Part shown: positions 46,534 to 59,758 of the stretch, in pieces
Layout of the letters: each line of letters opens with the position of its first letter
Numbering within the stretch: the stretch's first letter is position 1
NCBI GenBank assembly: GCA_964035545.1
Contig: OZ037767.1
Span: forward strand, 21,158,628 to 21,222,627
Length of the DNA stretch: 64,000 nt
Reading direction: 5' to 3'
Source: Bugula neritina
Lineage: Eukaryota > Animalia > Bryozoa
The notes under the pieces: model-generated
Told to the model about the DNA's origin: nothing
The model's database searches: none
The model's input: only the letters and a program-made list of their open reading frames with translations
Made by a program: the position numbers and the translations under genes

Positions 46534-48323
46534 ATGAAGTTAGTTATTAATGTGTCTAAAAGGTTATTAAATACCACGCCATCAAGTTTAAACAAATCGA
46601 GAATCCGGCAAAAGTATGTTCCTCACTCTGTAGAACCAACCAAAGACGAAATTAGTTACCTGCAGGAGTTTTTGAACAAGCATGAACGGACTGTAATTCT
46701 GACAGGAGCAGGATTTTCTACTGAAAGTGGCATTCCAGATTACAGATCAGATAAAGTAGGGTTGTATTCTAGAAAAAACTACAAACCAATGCAGTATCAA
46801 GATTTCATAAAGTATGCAAGTCTGCGGCAAAGGTATTGGGCCAGAAGTTATGTTGGTTGGCCTGGTTATTCAAAGATACAGCCTTCTAAAAATCATTACA
46901 TTGTAGCTAATTTGGAAAAGTCTGGTGTTTTGCATTGGTTAATAACGCAGAATGTGGATCATTTACATAATAAGGCTGGTAGTTTAAAGGTCACGGAGCT
47001 TCATGGTTCTCTGTATAGTGTACGATGTTTGTCATGTAAAATGCGTCTTCCAAGAATCGATTATCAAAGACAGATTGAAGAAATGAATCAAAACTGGAGT
47101 GTGCAGTCTTTCGAGAGAGCAACTGACGGTGATGTAATCCTAACTGATGATCAGGTCAATGGATTTCAGGTGAATGCAAATTGTCTTTCTAGAAATGCTA
47201 TAGTATAACTACATATCATCTTAGTTTGTACACTCATACCTGTAATATACTATAAGTTAAATGCCAGCATTATGCAGTACAATGTATTGTGTACTGCATC
47301 ACTCCTGGCTAATATGTCAATTTGGAGAACTTGTAGTCAAAATGTTTTTTGCTACATTGAATTTCTACACAAACTGAAATTAAAAACTGTTCATATACTT
47401 TCAAACATAAGAATCAGATTATGTAGTAGTTAATTTTAGTATTTTATATTTAGGTTCCTCCCTGCACTAGCTGTGGAGGAAGTATGATGCCTAAAATAGT
47501 GTTTTTTGGAGACAATGTCAGTAAGTCAAAAGTTGAATTCCTATATGAGAAAGTAAGCCAGTCAGACTCCATTCTTGTATTGGGGAGTTCTCTTCAGGTT
47601 GGTTTTATCTCTGTTGATATCAGGATGATTGTGTGAGTTAGTTCTTTGTGGCCTGAGTACTAGAAAGTGTAATAATAGCTCTGTGAGATGTAGACTATGT
47701 ACTCAATGGACTAAATATCTACTGAGTACCCAATAGACTACATGTAGCCTAAGTACTTAGTAGACTCCATGTAGTCAACTAACTACTTAATAGACTGTTG
47801 TTGGTCACCAGTCATTTTTGATTACTTTACTGGTGCTATTTCTCCAACCAGCCATGTTAGAAAAACTCAACAATAGTTGATAATGTTCTTGAAAATTGAA
47901 AACTTTATTGTGCTTATAACACTTTAGCTTACCAGAACGTAAAATATATGAAATAAAAAAAAAAATCTGTTTTTCACATGTTTTGTTTATATTATGCACA
48001 TATGCCTTGTAATGGGATTTGTCTTATTTTATTAGTTATTTTATGTTTTTTATATGATGATTTATAAATAGGCTCAATTTTTAAAATAATTGGTAAAAGC
48101 ACCCACATCTCAGTTTAAGTTTTTAGTTTATATTTTCCTGTTGCAGGTCTACTCAGGCTACAGGTTCATATTAGCTGCTGCAGATCAGGGAAAGCCTATA
48201 GCCATAGTTAACATAGGAGAAACGAGGGCAGACAAATTAGCGTCCCTTAAGTTAAATGTCAAGTGTGGAGACATACTGCCTCTTTTACAGTTTCCTGGCT
48301 CTATTACTGGCGATCTGGCTTAA
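46534..48323 (+). CDS. SIRT4: NAD-dependent sirtuin-4 (class II, mitochondrial), ~318 aa
   Basis: Exons 46534-47169, 47454-47597, 48147-48323. [41 protein letters not shown], two CxxC zinc pairs, [19 protein letters not shown]. Confidence 0.96.
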
Positions 48324-50871
48324 GCAATTATATACGCAACAGCAATCCACAGTGATTATACTCTGTTGTTAGCTGTTTAACTGTTATATTGTAACCACTG
48401 GCTTGTTATAATGTCTTTAGGAGTCTTTTACTGTAAATATTGTCAGCATAATTGTTTTTATATAAGTGACAAATTATTAAGTTTAAGGGCAAGCTATCTA
48501 GTATTATTTACATTCATTAACTTAATTTATTTTATACAAGTAACTTATTCTTCTATGTTATACATGTATGTGTTTAAGGCAAGACTTTGTGACCAAAGGT
48601 AAATGAAAGAAATACGTATACATAAGAACTATACCAGGATAAAAAACAATAAAGTGCAAAAACACAGCCTGTATTGAATAAGAAGTAAACAAACAAAAGT
48701 GCTAATGTATACGCAATAGGCTACATATCAGTTTCCTATATGAATAAATGAGTAAAAATTAAATGTACTATTTCTGTGATCCCATTGAAGCACTAAGCAT
48801 TATGCTACAGTACCTCTTCAATGTGTTTTAAGATTAGCACTGGCATAATGGTATTACTATATTTGTAAAAAAGTTATTGTATTTTGGGATTGCTTTTACA
48901 CATAATAACTAACAAGTTGTTTTCTATCTAGTTTTTTTCCAAGATTTTTTTCTCAGAGTTTATCAAAGTAGCATTATTGCTGCAAGTCCTTCTTATAATA
49001 TTTTTCAATAAACGTTATAACTGATCACTCTTTGAACTTTCTATTAATGAAGGGCTACATAGAGTTTTGATTTGCCAGGCTACTTATCATTTTCTAGATC
49101 GCAAACACCTTATTCAAACATACATGATACATATATTTCTAATTACAAATTCATAATAATTATTTATATCTGCTGCAATATTAACAGTTACTTCAGAATT
49201 GCTTCCTCTTGTTTCTGGCAAAATGCCAATTTGGTGGTTCATTTACAAAACTTGAATAGGTACGAGGAATCGCCGAGAACTGCAACAGGCTGTAGTCCAC
49301 AAGCATGTTTATGTAACGTCAGATGAACTTTTATTATATAATTTATTGTAATACTAATAGTTATACTCACAGTAATGCTAATAGTTAAACTTATAGTAAT
49401 ACTAGTTACTAGTAGTATGTAAAGTTAGTAATTAAGTAAATAATGTAAATGTTATATTAATATTCATTTCATATTGGCACTGGCACTCACACTGCCACTG
49501 TGACACTCACACTTTCACTGACAGTTATACTAATACTGGTTGTGACTGTAAGTTAAGACGAAATGTAACAATAACACCAACAGTAACTGTAAGACTAAGA
49601 GTAGGTCAGTTACTAACTCCAAGTTTAAGTGTAACAGTAAGTGTAACATTAAGTGTAACAGTAACTCAAACTTTAATACGAATACTAGTAGTTATGAGTA
49701 TACTAAGTCTAATACTAATACCATTGGCATTACTATTACATTACTATTAGTTATACTTATCCTTAGGCTTATACTGTTATAGCTATACTATTACATTTAC
49801 TATTAGTATTAGTATTACTGTATTACTATTACTTATCTTATACTTATACTTCTAGTTTAGTAGTTATAGTCATACTATAACTATAACTCTATAAGTCTAT
49901 AAGACCTAAGTATAAGTTATTGAGTATAAGTATTACTTAAAGTTGATCTTGTAATATTAATTATATCAGAATTATAGTAATACTAATAGTAATACTAATA
50001 CTTATATAAGTATAAGTATTACATTTAATTTTACTATAACTATAAGTAGAGCATTACTAGTACTATCACATTGACATTCACTGTCACTATGTTTAGGGTA
50101 ATAGTATATACTTATAGTAATACTAATACAGTAATAGCCAATAGGTAATAGTTATAGTAATAGCTATTGTGATGGTTAATACCTTAATTTATTTACTTAA
50201 TAGTTGATGTTAATACCAAATCCAATAACTATAAGAATGCTTAAGTTAAATTTAAAGTTATTTGAATGATAATAATTAATTGATTAAATTTGATTATTAT
50301 TTTGTATTGTTTATTAATATTATTGTTATAAATTTAATAATAAGTTAGTAATATTTTTAGTATAATTATAATGTTAATCATAATTCAATTGAAATTGAAT
50401 TTCAGTGTAACTGTAAGTCTGGGTGTTGTAGATTGGTAAACAACAATTTTTTTAAATGATTAATAATTAGTATTGCAATAGCAACCACAATGCAAACATT
50501 AATAAAACAATGATTATTCTAGTGCTAATTATAGTTATTGCAAATAAATATTGATAATTTATTGAGTAGGCCTATATCTGTCTTCATTAAGGCCAACTGT
50601 AAAAATCTTTAGTAAAACTTAGGCTCAAGTTAAAGGCTTTTTGCCCTTACTTACTCTCTTCGATTGTAAGACTGCAAATAAAAATTTCCAATTGTTGGGT
50701 TACTTGGTGGCAATGGACATTGCTATTGATATTGTCATTTCGAATTGTTTGCAGTTATATTGAATTTGAGTCGTCAAATGTGGATAAATCTACCGGCCAA
50801 CCAACAGGTTTTGTTTCAAGTGCTGTGCATACACCAGCTGCTCTGCTTACATTTGTCCAACTCAGCAAACT

Positions 50872-53800
50872 ATGTCCGGTCTTCTACGTACCAGCAGTAA
50901 CATCGACCAGCTCATGACTTCCATTCCTCCCCCACACTCTGCCGCCGCTCAGGACCGAATGTCCAAATCGGTTGTTACCAGCTCTCCCCTCAAAATATTC
51001 GGAAATGCTAAAAAGTCTATCCGTGGTATATTTGTGGAAATTGCATCGTATGTGGAAGAGTCCAAGGCCTGTGTTCAAGGTGTGTATTTCTTGTGGTGAT
51101 AAATAGTGTCTCCCAACTAATTTTATGCGGCTAGTTTGCTGATTAACTTTTCTCTTGTATTTAATACACATTTTATGCTGTACTTTTCTTTTATACAATA
51201 CGGAGATAGAAAAATTACCTATGTGGTGTTATATACAATATAGTGATAAATGATGAACGAATATGCTCTGCCTCTGAAAGAGTCAAGATTGGTGAATACA
51301 CGGACAAAGTAGCTGGTATCAGAGAAGTTCTCTCTAGAGATCACATGAAAGTTGTGTTCTTTGGGCGGTGAGTTTAGCTACTCCCCTGTGACAAATTTTA
51401 CTTAGTTTAATGGCTGGTAACTATAGGTGTAGGGGTGCAGTAATGGTACCATGTAGGTGTAGGGGTGTAGTAGTGGTAACGTGTAGATGCAGGGGTGTAG
51501 TAATGGTAACATGTAGATGTAGGGGTGCAGTAATGGTAACATGTAGGTGTAGGGGTGTAGTAGTGGTAACATGTAGATATAGAGGTGTAGTAATGGTACC
51601 ATGTTGATGTAGGGGTGCAGTAATGGTAACGTGTAGATATAGGGGTGTAGTAGTGGTACCATGTAGATGTAGGGGTGTAGTAGTGGTAACATGTAGATAT
51701 AGGGGTGTAGTAGTGGTAACACATAGATGTAAGGGTTTGATAATGATTCTAGTTTAGTTCTAGCAAAATAGTAATAAGTTGACTTGTGTGCTGTGGCCGG
51801 TTTCAGTCAATACTGTATCTTTTCTTTATACCATTATTCAAGTCATACTCACATAACTACCAACTTTGGAAGGTAATGGAGAATATTTTCTGCTGTAAGG
51901 AAAGATGTTGAATCTATCTAACGGCAAGCATGTATCAATAATTAAAAGGTTATAGTATGACTGTCGCTGTTTAAGTACTTCAAATGGAAAGAGCACCGTC
52001 ATCAACACCATGTTGAGGTCTAAGATACTGCCCAGTGGTATCGGGCATACAACTCACTGTTTCGTACAAGTGGAGGGATCAGATACTACTGAAGGCTACA
52101 TGCTGCTGGAAGGGTCAGCAGAAAAGAGACCCGTCAGCGTGAGTATGACTATATGTTCTACTCTCTAGTATATCATACTATACTCTCTAGTATGCCATAG
52201 TATATTCTCTAGTATGTCATAGTATACCCTCTAGTATATCATAGTATACCCTCTAGTATATCATAGTGTACCCTCTAGTATATCATAGTATACCCTCTAG
52301 TATATCATAGTATACCCTCTAGTATGTCATACTATATTCTCTAGTATGTCATAGTATGCCCTCTAGAATGTCATAGTATACTTTTCCATCTGTAGTCGTT
52401 GAAAGATCTAGCCAATGCCCTCAGCTCTGTCAAGCTGGAAGAAAATTCTCTCATCAGAATCTGCTGGCCTAAGAACATGTGTAGCCTGCTCAAGGATGAC
52501 GTTGTGTTACTAGACAGCCCCGGGATAGATGTCTCGCCTGATCTTGATGGCTGGATAGACAAGTTCTGTCTGGATGCTGATGTATTTGTTCTGGTAGCCA
52601 ATGCTGAGTCCACTCTCATGCAAACGGTAAGCTCTCCATCTCAATGTTATTTTACTTACATAAAACATATTAGTTTCTATGACTTATCTATAATATGTAT
52701 ATTTAATGTTTTTTATCACAATGTTTTTAATCTACATGAAAATTTTCAATAAAAAGTTTTTAATCTAGAATCTTTAATTTAAACTGTTTAATCAAAAGTA
52801 GAAATTAGGTGATTTATATTAGTTTGTGTTGAAAAGTTGAGAAGTGGTGCAGTTACTATTTATGTATGCTTTGGGCTCGTGTGTTTGTTGCGCAATGTAT
52901 GGCACAGTATAGTATATGTGTGCTACAGTATAGTATATTCTGTATGCTACAGTATAGTGCATGTATGCTATAGTATAGTATATGTGTGCTATAGTATGTG
53001 TGCTACAGTATAGTATATGTATGCTGCAGTATAGTGTATGTTCACATTTTATTCTTTGTTAGCAATTGTCATGTTATTGTTGCTTAGGAAAAGAACTTTT
53101 TCCTGAAAGTCAGCGAAATGCTGTCCAAACCGACTGTCTTTATTCTCAACAACAGGTGGGATGCATCAGCTAGTGAACCAGATATGATGGAGATGGTATG
53201 TTGTCATCTACCTTGTGATTGGCTGTGTGTCAGTCATCTACCTTGTGATTGGCTGTGAGTCAGTGATCTGCTTTGTGGCTTTTTACTTTTTTACTTTCAT
53301 GATATACTATGTAGTTTGTAACATTTGCTAATGACCACATGTCATCTTTTGCATTACATCTGATTAGTTACTGCTCAGTCTTCTCACATCTGATTGGTTG
53401 CTGCTCAGTTTTCTTGCATCTGATTGGTTGCTGCTCTAGGTGAGAAGTCAGCACATGGAGCGGAACATGGAGTTCCTGTGTAACGAGCTAAAAGTAGTGA
53501 ACAAAAAGGAAGCTGAAGGGAGAATATTTTTCGTATCGGCTAAAGAAGCTCTTCATAACAGACTCACTGAGAAGGGCGCCGTGACTACGCCCCGTATGTT
53601 ACACTTTTACATCAGCACTCTATGCTATACTGATAATACACTGTAGCCTTTGGTTCTTACCTCTTACCTGTTTTGTAGTCGGGTCGGTGCTGGAGGGCTA
53701 TCAGTCTAGACTGTTTGAGTTTGCGCAGTTTGAGAGGACCTTTGAGGAGTGTATCAGCCGGTCGGCTGTGAAGACTAAGTTTGCTCAACACGCCCACAAA

Positions 53801-56413
53801 GGCAAGCTAATGGCCTGTGAGCTGAAAGAACTGATGGAGGCTTTGCTAGACCGGAGTCAGTCACTGCGGTATGTACAGCTCATTCCTGCTGCCTTCTCAC
53901 ATGTGATGCTGTAATCTGACTAGTTGACTTGATATTAAGTATATGATTACACTGCTACTCTATGGTGCTGTCTTACAGGGAAGAGGTGACTAAAGTCTAT
54001 TCCAGCAGCACCAATCAACTTGCTCAGTTGGAGAGACAGCTGGCAGAGATTAGCACAGACATTGAAAATACCATCAGGATGGTCGCTGATGACGTACAGC
54101 TAAAGGTAAGCAAGAACACCATCGTCTGGCTCTGATGTTATCCAGTACGGCGTGTTGTCATTGTGTACCGTCACAGCTCTAGAATGAACTGTTCTATTTT
54201 AGGTTTCCCGAGCCCTGAGTGATGAGTTACGAAAGCTGTATGTTTTGGTAGATGAATTTGACAGGCCCTTTCACCCTGACGCCATGTTTCTCAATGTATA
54301 CAAGAATGAGTTGCACCAGCATGTGGAGAATGGTCTGGGCAAGAGAATTCAGGACAGGTGCTCTCAGGTTCTTGATGAACTTGTTCAAATCTCTGAGCAG
54401 CGCATGGCCGGTTAGTTGGTCCAACTGGTGCTCTAGTTAGAGATTTAAGCAAATATAACATATGATTTGATATGTATTATGACTACTAGAGGTGTGCTGG
54501 TACCACATTTATGATATATGTTGCATGTTTTCCAACAGACAAACTGCTGGTCATGCTGCCCTCTGAAAAACAGGAGGCCGCCCACAACCTCATCTCTGCT
54601 AAACCACAGTTTTCCGTAGAGTACAGACTGGACGCCAAAAATCTATGCGCTGATTTCCAAGAAAGCATTGAGTTTAGATTTTCCTTTAGTCCAGCAGCCC
54701 TGCTTGGCAGATACATGCGCAAACCTATGAGTCTCACGGCCCTATGGAATCGATCGGCTCCTTCACCGGTACTACAGTGTTTTTTATAGTCGAGTTATAC
54801 TCTCTCACAGTTATACTATCTCACAGTCATAGTAACTCACGGTTGTACTATTTTATAGTTGGATTATTTTATAAAAAAGTTATATTATTGTATAGTAGAG
54901 TTATACTATTGTTATTGGATTTATGTTATTCTGCTGTAAAGTTTTCCGTCCAGAAGTCGTACATAGAGTTCTCAACTTTTAGAAAGTGCGGTTAACCCAG
55001 TCAGTGCCTTATTTGGATCCTGGTGCGCACACTTCTGTAACTGAGAGTCCTACTGTTAGTTTAACCCCAGCACCTACGGCATCACCACCACCGACGTTTG
55101 ATGCCAATACTGACCTGGCAGTGACCTTGTTCCGGCTGGCTCCGGCCATTTCTTCCACAACTACTATATCCTGTATCTGCTTAGCCGGTGCTGTAAGTTA
55201 TGTATAATATTGTACTCTGTACACTGTACTTTCTCTCTGTACTCTCTCTCCACTGTCTGTACACTCTACTCTGTATTCTCTCTACTCTTTATTCTCTACT
55301 CTGTATTCTCTCTACTCTGTATTCTCTCTACTCTGTATACTCTACTCTCTCTATACTCTACTCTCTCTATTCTCTACTCTTTATTCTCTACTCTCTCTAT
55401 ACTCTACTCTTTATTTTCTACTCTGTATACTCTACTCTGTATTCTCTACTCTGTATTCTCTCTACTCTGTATTCTCTACTCTGTATGCTCTCTATTCTGT
55501 ATTCTCTCTATTGTGTATACTCTCACTATTTTGTATGCTCTACGCTATTCACTGGGCTCACTGTACTTAGTACTATTTATAGATCAGCCGGTACGTGGGC
55601 TGGAAGGTGTTTGCTGTGGTGGGAGGTATCTACGGCTCACTGTATGTATATGAGAGGTTGATGTGGTCAAACAGGGCTAAGGAGAGAGCCTTCAAGAGTC
55701 AATACGTCACGTACGCCAGCTCCAAACTCCAGCTCATTGTCGATATGACTAGTGCCAATGCTAGCCACCAGGTTCAACAGTAAGTGCTGTAAATACATCT
55801 TTCACTTTCTATGCACACAAGGTAGAGTTACCATTGTGTGCACACAAGGTAGAGTTATCACTGCATGTGTACACAAAGTAGAGTTATCACTGTGTGGACA
55901 CATGGGGTCTAGTTACGATTACCTTGCTGCAGGGAGCTTAACAACACCTACTCTAGGCTGAAACATGAAGTAAACACAGCAAAGGCAGAGTTGAGGTCAG
56001 AAATCCAGTCCATGGATACAGACAGGAAAAATCTGGACGATGCAGCATCTACTCTTAAGACACTGAAGTGAGTTACTTTTTATGCACTCCCTGTTGCTAG
56101 GCAACTAACTAGATTATTACGTATTATTTCTCCCTCAGTTAAAAACTAGGTGCTTAACTATCTCTCTATTCAATTTTTACAACAGAAAAGTGGCAGTCTT
56201 TAGTGATGCTAGGCCACTAGTTGCATTTGTGAAATGACTTCTCGGGCAACAAACTTCTATCTCTTCAATATGGCAGCAGATTTGCTCTACAGTGTTTGTG
56301 TATAAATTGCCGTTGTATGCTTTAAATTGTTTATCTCGTTTTGTAGGAACAAAGCTGGCTGGCTTGACAATGAAATAAATGGGTTCATCACAAGGTTTAT
56401 TGACTACTCATAG
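50872..56413 (+). CDS. Marf: Mitofusin / Marf transmembrane GTPase, ~783 aa, 14 coding exons
   Basis: Exons 50872-51079, 51244-51367, 51976-52138, 52396-52626, 53088-53195, 53440-53593, 53679-53868, 53979-54105, 54203-54410, 54539-54768, 54983-55192, 55583-55779, 55933-56067, 56347-56413. G1 GRTSNGKST, G2 GIGHTT, G3 DSPG, G4 NNRWD, FVSAKE, TM segment, HR2 [11 protein letters not shown]. Confidence 0.96.
51415..51735. repeat. 30-bp minisatellite, mitofusin intron 2
   Basis: Unit GTAGGGGTGTAGTAGTGGTAACATGTAGAT. Confidence 0.93.
52160..52385. repeat. 21-bp minisatellite, mitofusin intron 3
   Basis: Unit CTCTAGTATATCATAGTATAC. Confidence 0.92.
55210..55525. repeat. CT-rich degenerate minisatellite (TCTCTACTCTGTAT), mitofusin intron
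   Basis: Direct tandem array. Confidence 0.88.
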
Positions 56414-57226
56414 CTCTAGTGACTGCTTCATAAACAGTTGACTTTCCATGCTAACCTGTCACCTCAATACTGAGGATTGTTGAGAAATTTGAGGCAACAT
56501 TTTACTTGTTAGTATGTTTGATTTTGAAAAATATTGTCAGACTTTTTTCATATTGTTATGCACGGACACAAGTTAGATCTAGTGTTTATAGTTTTTCACC
56601 TACCATAGTTGTTGTCTACTCCTGGAATAGGTTTTTTAGTATTCCAGCTTTGTGTTGTTTAAACAAGACATGTGTTGATGTTATAGATAGCACATCGGCC
56701 AATATTGTGGCTATTTGCCTTGATGGTAATTTTGTGAGGCAATCGAAGATGTATTCTGAGACCAAAATGAACTATTTATTGTGTATAGTGATGATGTATA
56801 TAAAGTATTTGAGAAATAAAATAATGAAATGGTATGAGTTAGTAAAGGTGAGTTAATCAAAGACATGGAAAGTTTTAAAAACAGAGTTAGTATGCAATAC
56901 ACCTGATATAACTATTGAGATGCTAGTATCCTATATTCACACAAAAACAAACATCAGACTATAATATTATATAAAAATCAACAGATATACAGATATAGTT
57001 AAATTGGTAAGCTAAAGATTGCAATTAGTGATGTTGCTATGTAAACCAGTAAAATAAAAGCATTTGAAATTCATGCAAAAATGTAGAAAAAAAGAATAGT
57101 GTGCCAAAGAGATATTCTTATATTAAATTTTTTTTCAAATTTAAAATGTATGGCCATACTAATGAAAGATGTACATGTTAGAGCCTCTAGTGCCTGTGCA
57201 CAATGTACTGAAAGCACACGGTTATG

Positions 57227-58688
57227 TCATTCGTCTTTTTTGCTACCACTAGTTTTATCATCAGCTGCAGTGGTTTCAGAGTTGATAATAGGTACTATGA
57301 AGCCAGATATAAATGGTATACCGATGCCCACTCTACCCTGATACTCTGCGTACTTGGTACCAAAGAACTTGAGCAGAGTCATTTCTTCCGAGTATATCCT
57401 GTCATTGAAGAACTTCCAGGAAGCAATGGCATAGAGTACAACACACACGGGGTTGAAGAGAATCAGCTGAGTACCGATGGACCACCAGAACCATCCAACA
57501 TAAGATGGATGTCTGTAACACATAGAACACAGGCTATGCAGTTCCCAGCCAAAAGAGATATTTGACTGCAAGGTAGGAGTAAACTATTGCCTAAGGAGAT
57601 GCAAGCATACGGTGGAAAAAAGTTAATCTAAAGGTTTATGACCTACTAAAATACAAGTTCTAATCAACATCTAATTAATAGTGATAAGAGAAGGGAAAAG
57701 AGAGCTAATGGATAATTTACAAGAATGGATAGAATTTGTATACTGGACACTCAATAGTTCTAAGTTTACTCTTGACCCAAAACTAGTAAATATACAATAT
57801 AAGACACTGGACATCATTTTGCAACACAGAAGATTATTCTTAGCAACCCGTAATGCCACAGTGACAAAATAGGTACCATCTGTAACAGGTACCAGAAATG
57901 TAAATGCAATAAAAGAAATTAAGCAGGAGCTCAAGAGGCTAGTAGCTTTTGATTTTACTGGTGCCTTTTCAAAGCGGGGAGTACCAGGAGGTTAACTAAT
58001 TCAGGAGGGAACAGGCACTACACAGACAGCACTAGACATTAGCAACTCACCTAAACAGAGCATAGACACCATGAGTAACTAATTCGTGTTCTTCATCTTT
58101 CTCAAACTGCACATAGTGATTAAAATTACTCTTTGCAGTCCACATGGCTGATTTTCTAAGAGATTCACCAAATATCACCATCGATATTCCAATATTTGAT
58201 ATTATATTAGGCAGTTTGCTGCTTGGCCAGATGTAGTATTCGACTGCGTACTCCACTAGAGCAGCCAAAAATGCCACAACATACGCATTGCTGTGGTAGA
58301 GCATGTAAGACTCAACTGTTGTTGTCAAAGGGTTGAAAGTGGACTGCATCATATACTCAGACCAGTGAAATATTGATAAGGCGACACAATACATTCCTAT
58401 GTTCTGGTATTCTATGGTGTATACAGCAAGAGTCAAACCAAGATTTAAACAAGAGCCAAGAAGGAAGGCTCTCCAAGCTACATCAAACCTACTCGGCAAT
58501 ATGGATACTTTAATGGCCACAAGAGCAACAAATTGAACAAGCAGACTACTAAGTAGGGTATCGAAATATATTCCAGGTAGTAATCCCAACGTATAAAATA
58601 CATCAGATGTTCTTCGTAGTACAAAACTAGATATACCGATACCAAAACAGCGAGCACTCAATGTCCAATTAGGTATCAGCAAACTCAT
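57227..58688 (-). CDS. ICMT: Protein-S-isoprenylcysteine O-methyltransferase, ~307 aa
   Basis: Exons 58688-58051 and 57512-57227. FHWSEY, LYHSNAY, GESLRKSAMWTAKSNFNH, HELVTHGVYALFRHPSYVGWFWWSIGTQ, RIYSEE..L..FFG..Y..Y. Confidence 0.96.
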
Positions 58689-59277
58689 TGTAAGTGTTGT
58701 ACTTCACATTCAATCTACAAGCATTCAACACATCAATGAAATACTTAGTATTTACTGAATGATGACAAATGCAGTGGTGTAAGAATATTACATTAGAACA
58801 AACTACACTTCCAGGCCAACTTAGGTCTACTCAACTAGGAATTTATAATTTCAATGTTGAAATGCAAAATTTCAAGCTACAAATATTAGACTTACTTTTA
58901 CTCTAAACTTAAAGCATGGCCATTATTTTTATATCAAGGTTTTATTCAATAATAGATCTAAAAATGATAATTTTAAATGCTGATTTGTTTCTTTGACTCA
59001 ATCATCATTATGTAAATTGAAAGCGACTAAATGAAATACTATCAAAATTGATATTGATCAGCTCAGGCAGAATTAGTGAGTAATAGACAACATAATCTTG
59101 CTCTCAACAAACCCATTATAAACAAAAAATAAATAATAGAAGCATAGACAAAAATACTAATAGAGAGGCTAAATTAGTAAACTACTAAATGTAATGAACA
59201 TAATCTTAATCACATAAAAACTATATGCAGCAAAATTATAGAATTATTTCAATAAAGACGAAAAATAGATTCACAAC

Positions 59278-59758
59278 GGTATACTGCTGTTTCACACACA
59301 AGTCATTTCGTACACATTTATATACAAAATGGTTGTTTCGTACACCCAATGCTGTCCATTTCGTACACAAAATAGATATTAAATCAATTCACTGGACAAC
59401 CACTTGAATGATACAAGTTCACCTATTTATTGCATCCTAGCATGTATCTTTCACACTTCCCATGTCACCTATTGATCAATGTTCCATATTAATCTATTAT
59501 CTTTTATGATTATGATAAATGTGTTAATAGTTTTATCTTAATCAGTGTTTTCTTTTCTGTTACAAACATGCCACTGGTGACCTACTAGGAGCTCATGAAA
59601 TGTGCAAGTTACTTGTGAGCAGTAATGTATGTCTCGGACATCAAATAATAGTTAGTTAGTAAATTTATATTGATGTGTAGAAACAACCTATCAGATGTGT
59701 ACGAAACGACTTGAAAAAGTGGGTTCGAAACGACTTCTGTACGAAATGACCTGCACCC
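59278..59758. mobile_element. MITE-like element with inverted subterminal TTTCGTACAC / GTACGAAA repeats
   Basis: Three TTTCGTACAC copies at 59305-59370 and inverted GTACGAAACGAC / GTACGAAATGAC copies at 59695-59752. Confidence 0.62.

Noticed and set aside
33207-55661. Long Tyr/Thr/Leu/Ser-rich ORFs (33207-33767, 38767-39372, 40691-41134, 51402-51724, 55200-55661)
   Set aside because: All coincide with intronic minisatellites and lack recognisable protein motifs
12153-56413. Functional cluster of mitochondrial genes (TRMT10C, SIRT4, mitofusin)
   Set aside because: Interleaved with unrelated genes, no shared element seen; three of eight can arise by chance. Synteny data would be needed.
56506-56856. 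116-aa ORF after the mitofusin stop
   Set aside because: Non-ATG start, within the 3'UTR, no recognisable domain
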